Of a stretch of 64,000 nt of DNA, positions 25,497 to 38,142 are shown in pieces (position 1 is the stretch's first letter; each line of letters starts with the position of its first letter). Both the position numbers and the translations under genes were made by a program. Location of the stretch: the NCBI RefSeq assembly GCF_009914755.1, contig NC_060925.1; one strand, given 5' to 3'. Below the pieces are notes generated by a model. That model was given only the letters and a program-made list of their open reading frames with translations, was not told where the DNA came from and searched no databases. Origin of the DNA: the human T2T-CHM13v2.0 reference genome, Homo sapiens.

Positions 25497-25750
25497 ATAA
25501 CAATAATAATAGTGAAACCTTATTGATTACTTCTTGTGTGCCAGGCACCTTCTAGGTGCGTACCTCATAATTAGCTCAGTTAATCCTTTCAACAAGCCTA
25601 CTGAGATGAACACTGTTTTCCAAATGAGGAAAAATAGGCCTTTGTTTTCCTAATGAGGAAACTGAGGCTCAGGGAGTTGAGTTTCATGTCTAAAGTTCAG
25701 CAGCCAGGAAGTGGAGGGGCTGGATTTGAGGCCATGTGTTCTAGTTAAGA
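25497..25750 (-). mobile_element. MIR
   Basis: TGTGTGCCAGGCAC..TAATCCT..ATGAGGAAACTGAGGCTCAG. Confidence 0.8.
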
Positions 25751-25761
25751 ACACTTGTCCT

Positions 25762-26640
<879 letters not shown>

Positions 26641-28232
26641 GACTGCATTTGCTTTTAACCACCACACTCCGATGACTCTCAGTCAATGTCACTGATGCTG
26701 GAAAAGAATGATGCCTGGCAGAACAGGGGATTCCAGTACAGAGCCCAGAGAAAAAGGATTCTGGAGCTGTCCAAGGTGGGGCTAAAGGGCCAGTGGCCCC
26801 CTAGGGCACCCAGAGCATCAGGAAAGGCATTCTCCCTACAGTTGGAGCCACCAAGAAAGGCTTCCCAGAGACAGCGGGACTAAGGAGGGATCTGTACAGG
26901 TGACAGGGAGGGACATCTACTCCAGGCAGGGGAACCAGCACCAGCGTGTACATACTCACAAGGAGACGAGAGCATGGACAAGGTCTAGATAAGGCAGTGG
27001 CTGGACTAAAATCACACAAAGGTCATGATAGCCATCTCTCTGTCTCCAGGCAGAATGATTCTAAAACTTTCCCAGTCCCTTGAAAACATCTCCACATCTG
27101 TAACCTAGAAACTCAGAGCAATGGTTTCCAGACAGGGGCAAGATCAAGCCAGCAGAGCATTCCACACTTCCCCCACCCACCGTCCGCCGGTCTCTGTGTT
27201 CCCGCTGCACTTGGACGCTCTGCCTGGTATTTATCACAGCTGCCTCTGCTCCTGGATGCAAGCGTGCTTGTCTGAGTTCCCCACTAGACTGCAGCAAGGG
27301 CGGGGCCCCGCCCCATCCTCCTTTGCCTCCCATCCCCCTCCTCCTCCAGGCACTGAGCTCAGAGCCTGACACACAGTAGGGGCTTAGCAAATGCTTGTGG
27401 AAAGGCAGGAAGAAAACAGATTCACTTCTGCAAGAAGCTTTGAGAATATTCTGAAGACATTTTGTGACTCGCACTGACTTCCAAAGCGCAGAAAATCATT
27501 TTAAAAACTGATGACTGTGAAATTTCAATTATATTCACAAGGAGAGCCAAAGTAAGCTGCAAGAAGCACAAAACAGCAGCTTTGCATTTGAGAAGCCAAA
27601 GAGCCTGGAATAAGAGCAAGCAGGATGCGGACCAGCCTTGAAGCCAGATCCAGCTGTTTTCAGAGATGAGCTGCACATGAGCAAACTTGAATTCATAGCC
27701 CTTGAAAGAGAGGACAGTTCCAGGGACATCAAACGTCTGTAAGGATAGCTGAGTCAATCCCATGAACCTACTGCCAAAAATAATTTAGTGCTCAGAGGCT
27801 GCATTAATAGAGGTACAGCACCTACACAAAAGGAGGTAATAGATCTGTTCAACGTACAGAGAATGGCACAGTCAAAGAATTGGGTTCAGAAAGACAAACC
27901 GGATTTTGTGTAGAGGTCTTAAGAATGGAGAAAGGCCTGGAGTTAGCCAGTGAAAGGGCAGGAAGAGTGTTCCAGACAGCAGGAAAATATATGTAAAGCA
28001 TCTGCAGAACAAATCCTAACTCTTTCTAAAGGCCTGTGAGAAAGGCCAGCGTGGCTTAAGGAGAGAAAGTAAATTGTAGCCAGACTTAAGGCTGGAGAAG
28101 TGGGTAATAACCAAAGCCACAGGGATTTTTGGGTCATACAGAGTTTGGGTTTCACCCCTAAGAGCAATGGAAAGCCCTAATCTGTCCTGTCCTTGCATAT
28201 TGGGCAGAGACCCATACTGGGCTAAAGTCCTA

Positions 28233-28250
28233 GACACACACACACACACA

Positions 28251-28312
<62 letters not shown>
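28233..28312. repeat. (CA)n(GA)n compound microsatellite
   Basis: directly visible. Confidence 0.97.
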
Positions 28313-28317
<5 letters not shown>

Positions 28318-28849
28318 CAACTCTTCCATGTCCAGTAGGAACACCGCATTGGAAGAGCTTCAAAGGAGCAGGAACTGGGGATCCCCTGAGCCTTGACTCT
28401 GGCAACAGGGCCCAGTGGAGAACTTAGCCAAAGCTCTCATTGAACAACCTGCATTCTCTTTTAGACCTGGCCCTCAGGGATCTCAGAGAACCAGCAGCTG
28501 GCAGAAAAAGCTTTCTGCAGCAGAATTACATGATTTCAACTTTTTTTGCCTCATCCTGCAGAAAACTGGGGCCAGAGCTCACCTCTTTCCTGCTGTACTT
28601 CTCTTAAAGTCAAAGAAGTAACCACTTGCTTCACTCTTCCTACAGAGTACATTGCCAAGTCTCTGGCCACCCCATGGTGGGTACACATCTGGGTTCCTAG
28701 GGATCACTTCTTAGGTGCCTCACTGCAGTGAAGCACAGATGTGATCCTTTCATCCCTGGGTGTGAAGGAGAGTCCCATTGCCCTCTGCCCCACACTACCA
28801 CCAGCAGCCCCGATTTTCATATTTCCATATTTCAGGTTTCCTAGAACCT

Positions 28850-29101
28850 CCTCCATGGATGCCTCCAGAAATAAGTTGCAGCTGCTGCTTTTGCTGCCGT
28901 CTCACAGGAATGGCTTCTGTAGGTACCTGTTTCTTGACTCCCTAGTCAAAGTCTAGGATGGGTGTGTCTGCTCTGCAGAACCAAAGTTCCAAGCCTAGGC
29001 CCCAACTTCAAGGAAGGTTAGGCAAGTGAGTTTTCAGATTCTCTACTGAGGCTGTCTGGTTCCCACCAAGAATCAAAAGCTGGAAAAATTCCCAAACATG
29101 G
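28850..29101 (-). mobile_element. old MLT1 (K-N-like) LTR remnant hosting the HERV-L; continues at 35713-35760
   Basis: CCCACCAAGA..TTCCCAAACATGG joined to GAAGGTGGTTCTGATGCT reads as one recalled MLT1 antisense segment once the provirus is removed. Confidence 0.5.
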
Positions 29102-29594
29102 TGTGACGGCTAATACTCAGTGTCAACTTGATTGGATTGAGGGATACAAAGTATTAATCCGGTGTGTCTGTGTGGGTATTGCCAAAAGAGATTAACATTT
29201 GAGTCGATGGGCTGGGGAAGGCAGATCCACTTTTAATCTGGTGGGCATAATCTAATCAGCTTCCAGTGAATATAAAGCAGTCAGAAAAATGTGAAAAGGA
29301 GAGACAGGCTTAGCCTCCCAGCCTACATCTTTCTCCTGTGCTGGATGCTTCCTGCCTTTGAACATCAGACTCCAAGTTCTTCAGTTTTGGGACTCAGACT
29401 GGCTCTCCTTTCTCCTCAGCTTGCAGACAGCCTATTGTGGGACCTTGCGATTGTGTAAGTTAATACTTAATAAACATATATATATGTTTGCTTGGTTAGC
29501 TGAAATATGGATATATATATCCGTCTATATCTATATCTATATCTATATCTATATATATCCTATTATTTCTATCCCTCTAAGAGAACCTAATACA
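29102..29594 (+). mobile_element. 5' LTR (MLT2A1-like)
   Basis: TGTGACGGCTAATACT..CAACTTGATTGGATTGA...CTAATACA; TATAAA 29271, AATAAA 29469. Confidence 0.95.
29248..29276 (+). promoter_or_regulatory. DUX4-type motif TAATCTAATCA plus TATA box in the 5' LTR
   Basis: TAATCTAATCA 29248-29258 and TATAAA 29271-29276 seen; function inferred from known DUX4 activation of MLT2A1. Confidence 0.6.
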
Positions 29595-29599
29595 GATTT

Positions 29600-29614
29600 T
29601 GGTACCAGGAGTGG
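29600..29614 (+). promoter_or_regulatory. primer-binding site, tRNA-Leu
   Basis: TGGTACCAGGAGTGG 5 nt after the LTR, complementary to the 3' end of tRNA-Leu(TAA) (..CCACTCCTGGTACCA). Confidence 0.88.
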
Positions 29615-29686
29615 TTCTAAAGGAACAGAATATTAAGGATGGAGTTCCTTTGTTGGTTTTGGGGTTTCTGGAGGTGACTGCTTAAT

Positions 29687-31385
29687 ATGATTAGATCCAA
29701 AAATGCTAAGGACTCTACTTCTAATAGTATGGAGAACACTGATAGTCCTTGGCATGAACTCTTTAGAGAGTTATACAAAATAAATGCATTTGACACTCCT
29801 GATTCACCACTCATGAGAGGCAAGGAGTTTAGTGACTCTATACATAATACCTTTGACCATATGTGGAGAACCAAGGAATATAATGAAGCTAGTTGGCTGC
29901 TCCTAAGTTCAGTTGACAAAGTGATGAAAGAAAATGATGAAATCAGGGATTCTGTCTCCTAGCTTCAAAAGCAGATACTAAGCCTCAAATCTGCTGAGGC
30001 TGCCCTCAGTAAGAGTCTTATCTCCTGTAGAGAAAGAGCTGAAATTGTGGAAAAACAGACACAAGCTCTTATGTAAGTGGCTGACCTGCAACGAAAGGTG
30101 CATGCATAGCCTCACCAGGTGTTTACTGTTAAAGTGAGGGCATTGATTAGAAAAGAATGGGACTCTGAAACTTGGAATGGGGACACGTGGGAGGACCCTG
30201 ATGAAGCTGGGGACACTGAGTTTGTGAACTCTGATGAACCTTTTTTGCCAAAAGGAACAGCTTTCTCATCCCAAGTAGTGGCAACATCCCCTCCCAGACC
30301 CATGCTGCCATCAGCCTTTCCACCGTTGCCTGAGGAGATAAACTCTGTGCTGCCTAAGGCAACAGTGATGGCCTCTCCTGAGGCAGTTGCCAGGCAAAAT
30401 AATGTCGATTCTCTTCAGGAGCCACCCCCAACACCCCTGTTTGCTTCTAGACCTAAAACCACACTAAAGTCCCGGTGAGCCCCTGGAAATGAGGTTGAGA
30501 GTGTGACCCATGAGGAGGTGTGCTACACTCGAAAAGAACGGTTTGAGTTCTCTAATTTATATAAATGGCAATCCAGAGAACAAGCACGGCAATGGATATT
30601 AAGAGCATGAGATAATGGTGGAAGGAACATAGAGTTGGATCAAGCTGAATTTATTGATTTGGGTCCACTAAGTAGGGACTCTGCATTTAATGTTGCAGCT
30701 CGAGGAGTTAAAAAAAAAAAAGTTCTAATAGTTTATTTGCATGGTTAGCTGAACTATGGATTAAAAGATGGCCACTGTGAGTCAGCTGGAAATGCCTGAT
30801 CTCCCTTTGTTTAATGTAGAGGAAGGCATCCAAAGGCTTAGGGAGATTGGGATGGTGGAGTTGATTAGTCACTTTAGACCTACTCATCCCAGCTGGGAAA
30901 GTCCAGAAGATATACCCTTGACCAATGCCTTGCAAAATAGATTTGTGAGGGCAGCACCTGCATCTTTGAAGAGCCCTGTAATTGCTCTTTTTGTATGTCA
31001 GAACTAATGGTGGGAACCACGGTCACTCAACTACAAAATTTAAATACAATGGGAGTAATTGGATCTCGAGGTGACAGGGACCAAGTGGCAGCACTCAACC
31101 ATCAAAGGCAAGGTGGGCATAGCTACCATAATGGACAGCAGAGGCAAAGCTGCAATCAGAATAGTCTGATTCACGTAGCACTCTGGCACTGGCTAATTAA
31201 TCATGGTGTTCGTAGAAGTGAAATTGATAGGAAGCCTCCTGCTTTCCTACTTAATTTATACAAGTAGAAAACTCCTAGGTCAAATGGACAAAAGACTAAT
31301 TTGAATTATAGAAACAGAGAATCACAGCCCCTCAATCAATTTCCAGACTTGAGCCAGTTTAGAGACCCAGAACTCCCCTGAATGA
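29687..31385 (+). pseudogene. gag: ERV-L gag, disrupted
   Basis: fragments 29687-29962, 30119-30478 (VKVRALI.KEWD..TWNGD.WED), 30768-31007, 30995-31267; stops and frameshifts. Confidence 0.9.
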
Positions 31386-31403
31386 AGGGGAGGCCAGGTC
31401 CCC

Positions 31404-31790
31404 TTGAGGAAGGACCCCACTACATTACTGACAATTTATGCAGTGAATCTTTCTCCCATCTTTCCCCAAGGAGACCTCCAGCCTTTTACCAGAGTAACTG
31501 TGCACTGGGTAAAGAGAAATGATCAGACATTTCAGGAACTACTGAACACTGGCTCTGAGCTGACGTTGATTCCAAGGGATCCAAAACGTCATTGTGGTCC
31601 TCCAGTTAAAGTAGGGGCTTGTGGAGGTCAGGTAATTAATGGAGTTTTAGCTCAGATCTGACTTACAGTGGGTCCAGTGAGTCCCTGGACTCATCCTGTG
31701 GTCATTTTCCCAGTGCCAGAATGCATAATTGGCATAGGCATACTTAGCAGCTGGCAGAACCCCCACATTGGCTCCCTGACTGGTAGGGTG
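31404..31790 (+). pseudogene. pro: retroviral aspartic protease, disrupted
   Basis: LLNTGSELTLIP (catalytic DTG reads NTG at 31545), then PVPECIIGIGIL; in-frame stop at 31659-31661. Confidence 0.85.
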
Positions 31791-34400
31791 AGTGCTATTA
31801 CGGTGGGAAAGGCCAAATGGAAGCCATTAGGGCTGGCTTTACCTAGAAAAATAATAAATCAAAAACAGCATCACATCCCTGGAGGGATTGTGGAGATCGG
31901 TGCCACCATCAAGGACTTGAAGGACACAGGGGTGGGGATTCCACCACGTCCCAGTTCAACTCTTCCATTTGGCCTGTGCAGAAGATAAATAGATCTTGGA
32001 GAATGACAGTGGATTATTGTAAGCTTAACCAAGTGGTGACTCCAATTGCAGCTGCTGTACCAGATGTGGTTTCTTTGCTTGAGCAAATTAACACATCTCC
32101 TGGTACCTGGTATGCAGCCATTGACTTGGCAAATGCCTTTTTCTCCATTCCTGTCCATAAGGCCCACCAGAAGCAATTTGCCTTCAGCTGGTAAGGCCAG
32201 CAATATACCTTTACTATCCTACCTCAGGGGTATATCAAATTTCCAGCTTTGTGTCACAGACTTATTCAGAGAGACCTTGATCACTTTTCACTTCTGCAAG
32301 ATATCACACTGGTCTATTACACGGATGACATTATGCTGATTGCATCCGGTGAGCAGGAAGTAGCAAACACGCTGGACTTACTGGTGAGATATTTGTGTGT
32401 CAGAGGATGGGAAATAAATCTGACTAAAATTCAGGGAACTTCTACCTCAGTAAAATTTCTAGGGGTCCAGTGGTGTGGGGCTTGTCGAGATATTCCTTAA
32501 GGTGAAGGATAAGTTGCTGCACTTGGTGCCTCCTACAGCCAAGAAAGAGGCACAATGCCTAGTGGGCCTATTTGGATTTTGGAAGAAACACATTCCTCAT
32601 TTGTGTGTGTTACTCCAGCCCATTTATTGAGTGATCCAAAAGGCTGCCAGTTTTTAGTGGGATCCAGAACAGGAGACAGCTCTGCAACAGGTCCAGGCTA
32701 CTGTGCAAGCTGCTCTGCCACTTGGGCCATATGACCCAGCAGATCCAATGGTGCTTGAGATGTCAGTGGGAGATAGGGATGCTGTTTAGAGTCTTTGGCA
32801 GGCTCCCATAGGTGAATCACAGAGGAAGCCTCTAGGATTTTGGAGCAAAGCCCTGCCATCTTCTGCAGATAACTACTCTCTTTTTGACAGCTCTTGGCCT
32901 GTTACTTGGCTTTGGTGGAAACTGAATGTTTGACTATGAGTCAAGTTACCATGTGACCTGAACTGCCTATGCTGAACTGGGTGCTTTCTGACCCATGTAG
33001 CCATAAAATGGGTCGTGTACAGCAGCATTCCATCATCAAATGGAAGTGGTATATATGTGATCGGCCTCCAGCAGGTCCTGAAAGCACAAGTAAGTTACAT
33101 GAGGAAGTGGCTCAAATGCCCATGGTCTCCACTCCTGCCACCCTGCCTTCTCTCCCCCAGGCTGCACTGATGGCCTCATGGGGAGTTCCCTATGATCACT
33201 TGAAAGAGGAAGAGAAGACCAGGGCCTGGTTCACAGATGGTTCTGCACAATATGCAGGCACCACCCAAAAGTGGGCAGCTGCAACACTACAGCCCCTTGC
33301 TAGGACATCCCTGAAGGACAGCGGGGAAGGGAAATCTTCCCAGTGGGCAGAACTTCAAGCAGTGCACCTGGTTGTCCACCTTGCATGAAAGGAGAAATGG
33401 CCAGATCTGCGATTATGTACTGATTCATGGACTATAGCCAATGGTTTGGCTGAACGGTCAGGGAATTGGAAGAAGCATGTTTGGAAAATTGATGACAAAG
33501 AAATCTGAGGAAGAGGTATATGGATGGACCTCTCTGAGTAGTGAAAAACTATGAAGATATTTGTATCCCATGTGAGTGCTCACCAAAGAGTGATCTCAGT
33601 GGAGGAGGATTTTAATAATCAAGTGGATAGGATGGCCTGTTCTGTGGACACCACTCGGCCTCTTTCCCCAGCCACCCCTGCCATCGCCCACTGGGACCAT
33701 GAACAAAGTAGCCATGGTGGCAGGGATGGAGGTTACACATGGGCTCAGCAACATGGACTTCCACTCACCAAGGCTGACCTGGCTACAGCCATTGCTGAGT
33801 GCCTAATATGCGAGCAACAGAGACCAACACTGAGCCCTTGGTATGGCACCATTCTTCGGTGTGATCAGCCAGCCACCTGGTGGCAGGTTGATTATGCTGG
33901 ACCTCTTCCATCATGGAAAGGGCAGAGGTTTGTCCTCACTGGAATAGACACTTACTCCAGATATGGGCTTGCCTATCCTGCACATAATGCTTCTGCCAAG
34001 ACTACCATCCGTGGACTCACGAAATGCCTTATCCACCATCATGATATTCCACACAGCATTGCCTCTGACCAAGGCACTCACTTTGTGGCTTAAGAAGTGC
34101 AGCAGTGGACTCATGGTCATGGAATTCACTGGTCTTACCATGTTCCCCATTATCCTGAAGCAGCTGGATTGATAGAATGGTGGAGTGGCCTTCTGAAGTC
34201 GCAATTACAACACCAACTAGGTGACAATATTTCACAGGGCTGGGGCAAAGTTCTCCAGAAGGCTGTGTATGCTCTGAATCAGTGTCCAATATATGGCAGT
34301 ATTTTTCCCATAGCCAGGATTCACAGGCCCAGGAATCAAGGGATGAAAGTGGAAGTGGCACCACTCACCATCACCCCTCGTGATCCACTAGAAAAATTTT
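31791..34400 (+). pseudogene. pol: ERV-L pol (RT, RNase H, integrase), disrupted
   Basis: [26 protein letters not shown] (32318-32329), WFTDGSA, HHCC zinc region (H..H..CLIC), WQVDY, SDQGTHF; multiple stops and frameshifts. Confidence 0.95.
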
Positions 34401-34730
34401 TGGTTCCTGTTCCTGCAACATTACATTCTGCTGGCCTATGGGTCTTAGTTCTAGAGGGAGGAACACTGCCACCAGGAGACACAACAATGATCTCATTAAA
34501 CTGGAAGTTAAGATTGCTACCTGGACACTTCGGGCTCCTCCTACCTTGAAGTCAACAGGCTAAGAAGGGAGTTACAGTGTTGGCTGGGGTGATTGACCCC
34601 GACTATCAAGATGAGATCAGTCTACTACTCCACAACGGAGGTAAGGAAGAGTATGCATGGAATACAGGAGACCATTAGGGTGTCTCTTAGTATTACCATG
34701 CCCTGTGATTAAGGTCAATGGGAAACTACA
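34401..34730 (+). pseudogene. dut: dUTPase downstream of integrase, disrupted
   Basis: LPPGDTT..LPGHFGLLLP*SQQAKKGVTVLAGVIDPDYQDEI (motif 3 at ~34583-34618); position after IN is typical of ERV-L. Confidence 0.85.
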
Positions 34731-35248
34731 ACAGCCCAATCCAGGCAGGACTACAGATGGCCCAGACCCTTCAGGAATGAAGGTCTGGGTCACTCCCCAC
34801 CAGGAAAAAACAAAAACAAAAAACAAACACACACACACACATGACCTGCTGAGGTACTTGCTGAAGGCAAAGGGAATACAGAATGAGTAGTAGTAGAAGG
34901 CAGTAGTCAATACCAGCTACAACCGCATGACCAGCTGCAGAAATGAAGACTGTAACTGTCATGAGTATTTCCTCTTTTGTTAAAAACATGTTTATGCATG
35001 TATACACTTCTACCAAAGAAAAATTCATTTTATTTCCTTTTTCCTTTATAATGTGACGTAAGATTTATTGACTTCATGTCAGCATGTAAGTATTGTTAAC
35101 TTTATGTAATAGCATTTGGGTTGGGGATTGGTGCATTTCCAGTTGTACAAAGGATAGTTGTATTATGTTAGCCGTAATTACAACCTTGTTATTGTCTTTA
35201 TTTGAAGATTATGTATGCTCTCAGAGGTGCGTATGGGTTCAAGTTGAC

Positions 35249-35260
35249 AAGGGGTGGACT
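35249..35260 (+). promoter_or_regulatory. polypurine tract
   Basis: AAGGGGTGGACT immediately before the 3' LTR TG. Confidence 0.75.
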
Positions 35261-35707
35261 TGTGACAGTTAATACTGAGTGTCAACATGATTGGATTGAG
35301 GGATACAAAGTATTGATCCTGGATGTGTCTGTGTGGGTGTTGCCAAAAGAAATTAACATTTGAGTCAGTGGGCTGAGGAAGGCAGATTCACCCTTAATCT
35401 GGTGGGCACAATCTATTCAGCTTCCAGTGAATAAAAAGCAGGCAGAAAAATGTGAAAATCCCAGCCTACATCTTTCTCCTGTGCTGGATGCTTCCTGCCC
35501 TCAAACATCAGACTCCAAATTCTTCAGTTTTGGGGCTCAGACTGGCTCTCCTTTCTTCTCAGCTTGCAGACAGCCTATTGTGGGACCTTGTGATCATGTA
35601 AGTTAATACTTAATAAACTCCCCTACATACACACACACACACATATATATATGGATATATACATATCCCATTAGTTCTGTCCCTCTAAGAGAATCCTGAC
35701 TAATACA
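35261..35707 (+). mobile_element. 3' LTR (MLT2A1-like)
   Basis: homologous to 29102-29594; lacks the 18 bp GGAGAGACAGGCTTAGCC; ends CTGACTAATACA. Confidence 0.95.
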
Positions 35708-38026
35708 CATGGGAAGGTGGTTCTGATGCTAAAAAGACCAGTAAGTATGGTGTATGCCCACTGCAGGTGGTTTCATACAACCCAGCTCCTGGTACCAATT
35801 TCTATCCTTGTCAAGGCTCTCTTAGTTTTAGGAAGCAGTAAATACAAGACCAGGAGTGATGGGGGTTGGACCCAGGATCCTCATAAACTCCTGCCAGCAG
35901 CAAAGAGTGGGACTTGAGGGTCCCACCTGGGCAGACCCTCCACACTCATTCCTGATGGGGATGGAAAATCAAAGCCATCAGCAGAATCCAAGTGATGAGC
36001 TGAGCTGTCTGTCTCCCTTCCCCCAGGATGGCCAGTGTTGCAGGGGCTGAAGACAAAAGTTGCAGAGACTTTGTCCTAAAGAACAAGCAGGCAAAGAGAG
36101 ACTGGCCCCCTCCCCACAGCCTGACCCCAACATACCCTGGAAGCTCCTGCTTCTTTACTTGAAGTCCCACATCAAGATTTCTGGGAGGCAACCACAAGTT
36201 CCCCAGCATGAAGCCAGACTTCATCCTCTTCCTCAGGTCCTAAGTTCCTAACTCCTTAGAGGCTGTCTATCTGCACTCCTGGGCCCTTCCAAGATGGAAA
36301 ACCACACAAAGAGGCCAGGACATCTGTCTCCTGGGAAACTCCTACACCTTATAAAATCCTCTCCTGACACTCCAAGCCCAGAGGAGCCCACTTGGCAGAA
36401 GGAGAGTACAGAGGCCAAGTTCTGTCTCTGAGCCAGCCAAGGAGTGGGTGGCATCTGCCAGCCAACACTCCCTCTTTCTTTCCAGGCTTGTAATTACCTA
36501 AGACTAGGTAGAGGCTGGGAAGGAGGGCTACCCCAGGGAAACATGCTAAAATTAAACCACAACGAGAGCAGGATGACTAAAGCTTCCCCCCGTGATTAAT
36601 TTGGACACACCACACTGGCCATCTCTTAACAGAAATTAGATGAAACCTTTAGGGAAAAGGAGTGCTCTGTGTTACATAATCACACACTTGAGATACCAAC
36701 CCCCCACCCTCCACCTCCTCCCCTTTTGCCTAGAGAAAAGAATAACAGTAATAATTAAGCTGGTATATTTACGGTTCTGGAAATCAGCCGTTCTGGGCCA
36801 CACCTGCCAGGGTCGAGCTGAGCTGTGGAAGGACTCTGCAAGACATCCCTAAGTCTGCCCAACTGTAGCAGGCAAGACGAGGGAGCTGCCAACATCCCTC
36901 CTTCAGGGACAACACAAGGGCCATTTAGAACACCTCGTTGGTGGGGTCAAGGAGAGGAAGCCCAAGACTCTGAAGGGCATTTCATGTCGTGAAATCCAGC
37001 CGGCGGCCCGGGCGCATCGTTCAGCGTAAGCCATACAGATTTATTTATATTTTGCACGAAAGAGGGAAATTACTTAGCTGTAGGGATCAATTCTTCAATC
37101 CAATGTTTCTAACATGGCAATAAATTTATTTCACCGTCTCCTTTTTTCTTTTCCCTCTTCTTGAGCTTAAAGAAATAAGCCGCCCTCTGGGGAGGCAAAG
37201 GGAGAAAGGACATTCAAAGCAAGTCAGTACCCTGAGAAACCAGCCATCCAGCCAGGAAGCCACTCACTGAGGCAGCTGGCTTTGTGGCACGAGCACTGGT
37301 GTTGGAGTCAAGAGACCCAAGTTCCGACCCTGGATCTGCCCCTTTTCTGCAGCATAAGTAACCCTGAGCAAGTCAGTGCTCCATTTTGTAATCCCTGAAA
37401 TGGGGATAGCTGGGTTGGTGTGAGAAGTAAATAAGACCAGGAATATTCAGGCTTCCAGGTCAGCTCCAGATACAACATCAACATGATTGATTGAAGATGA
37501 ATTTCAATCAGATTTGATGGTGTGACCCATAGCCTCTCTCTATCCAAGTTGCATAGATTGTGATGCTACAGAGATGTCATAGCTGAAGCAATGGAATATC
37601 AGGGGCCATTTCTCAAGGCCAGAGAGTACTTGGAGCTCCCTCCCCTCACAGGGACAAGGTGAATGTGGGATGTTTGTGACAGCTCTGACCTAAGACACCA
37701 AAGCCCAGGAGAGCCTCCAGAAGCTGGGCAGGTGTGATGAATGGTCCCTCCAGCACGACACAACTCTTCACTGGAGACAGGCTCGGGCTGATGTATGGTC
37801 CAGGTAAATGCAGCTTCTGGTTAATACGATGCTGTAATGGAAAAACATTAGCATGAGATTGACTTGGAGGAAACCACATCATGGGGATGAGGGCCAGGGA
37901 AGTGACAGGAAGCTTTCCTCCTGGAAGATGCTTGAAGGATGGTCTGGATAGAGGCAATAACCCGGACCAAAGCAAGAAGATGAGCAGCAAAAGGGATGCT
38001 GGGAAAATCACAGAAAAGCTCATCCA

Positions 38027-38142
38027 GGCCGGGGGCAGTGGCTCACATCTGTAATCCCAGTGCTTTGGGAGGCCGAGGCCAGAAGATTGTTTGAGTCCAG
38101 GAGTTCAAGACCAGCTTGAGCAACATAGTGAAACCTTGTCTC
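38027..38142 (+). mobile_element. Alu left monomer (FLAM/AluJ left arm), no tail
   Basis: GGCCGGG..GTAATCCCAG..GAGTTCAAGACCAGC..AACCTTGTCTC. Confidence 0.9.

Larger units (their letters stand above)
29102..35707 (+). mobile_element. HERV-L provirus, structurally complete, coding-defective
   Basis: two homologous TG..CA LTRs, 5-bp TSD CATGG (29097-29101, 35708-35712), PBS, PPT, gag/pro/RT/RNaseH/IN/dUTPase remnants, no env. Confidence 0.98.

Noticed and set aside
29600-29614. tRNA-complementary sequence as a tRNA gene
   Set aside because: It is the 15-nt PBS; no cloverleaf or A/B boxes.
30608-33541. About five apparent Trp-to-stop (TGG>TAG/TGA) changes in HERV-L, suggesting APOBEC3 editing
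   Set aside because: The number is compatible with neutral decay of a Trp-rich region at this divergence, and other stops look like CpG decay; a context test against the consensus would be needed.
33551-34549. Long integrase and dUTPase-region ORFs (180 and 150 aa) as possible domesticated genes
   Set aside because: A stop at 34091-34093 splits the DDE core and another at 34547-34549 splits the dUTPase; no sign of selective preservation.
34930-35248. Possible env remnant before the 3' LTR
   Set aside because: Only ~320 bp, AT-rich and without an ORF; ERV-L normally lacks env.
36999-37026. CpG island or gene promoter
   Set aside because: Far too short for an island; kept only as part of an enhancer candidate.
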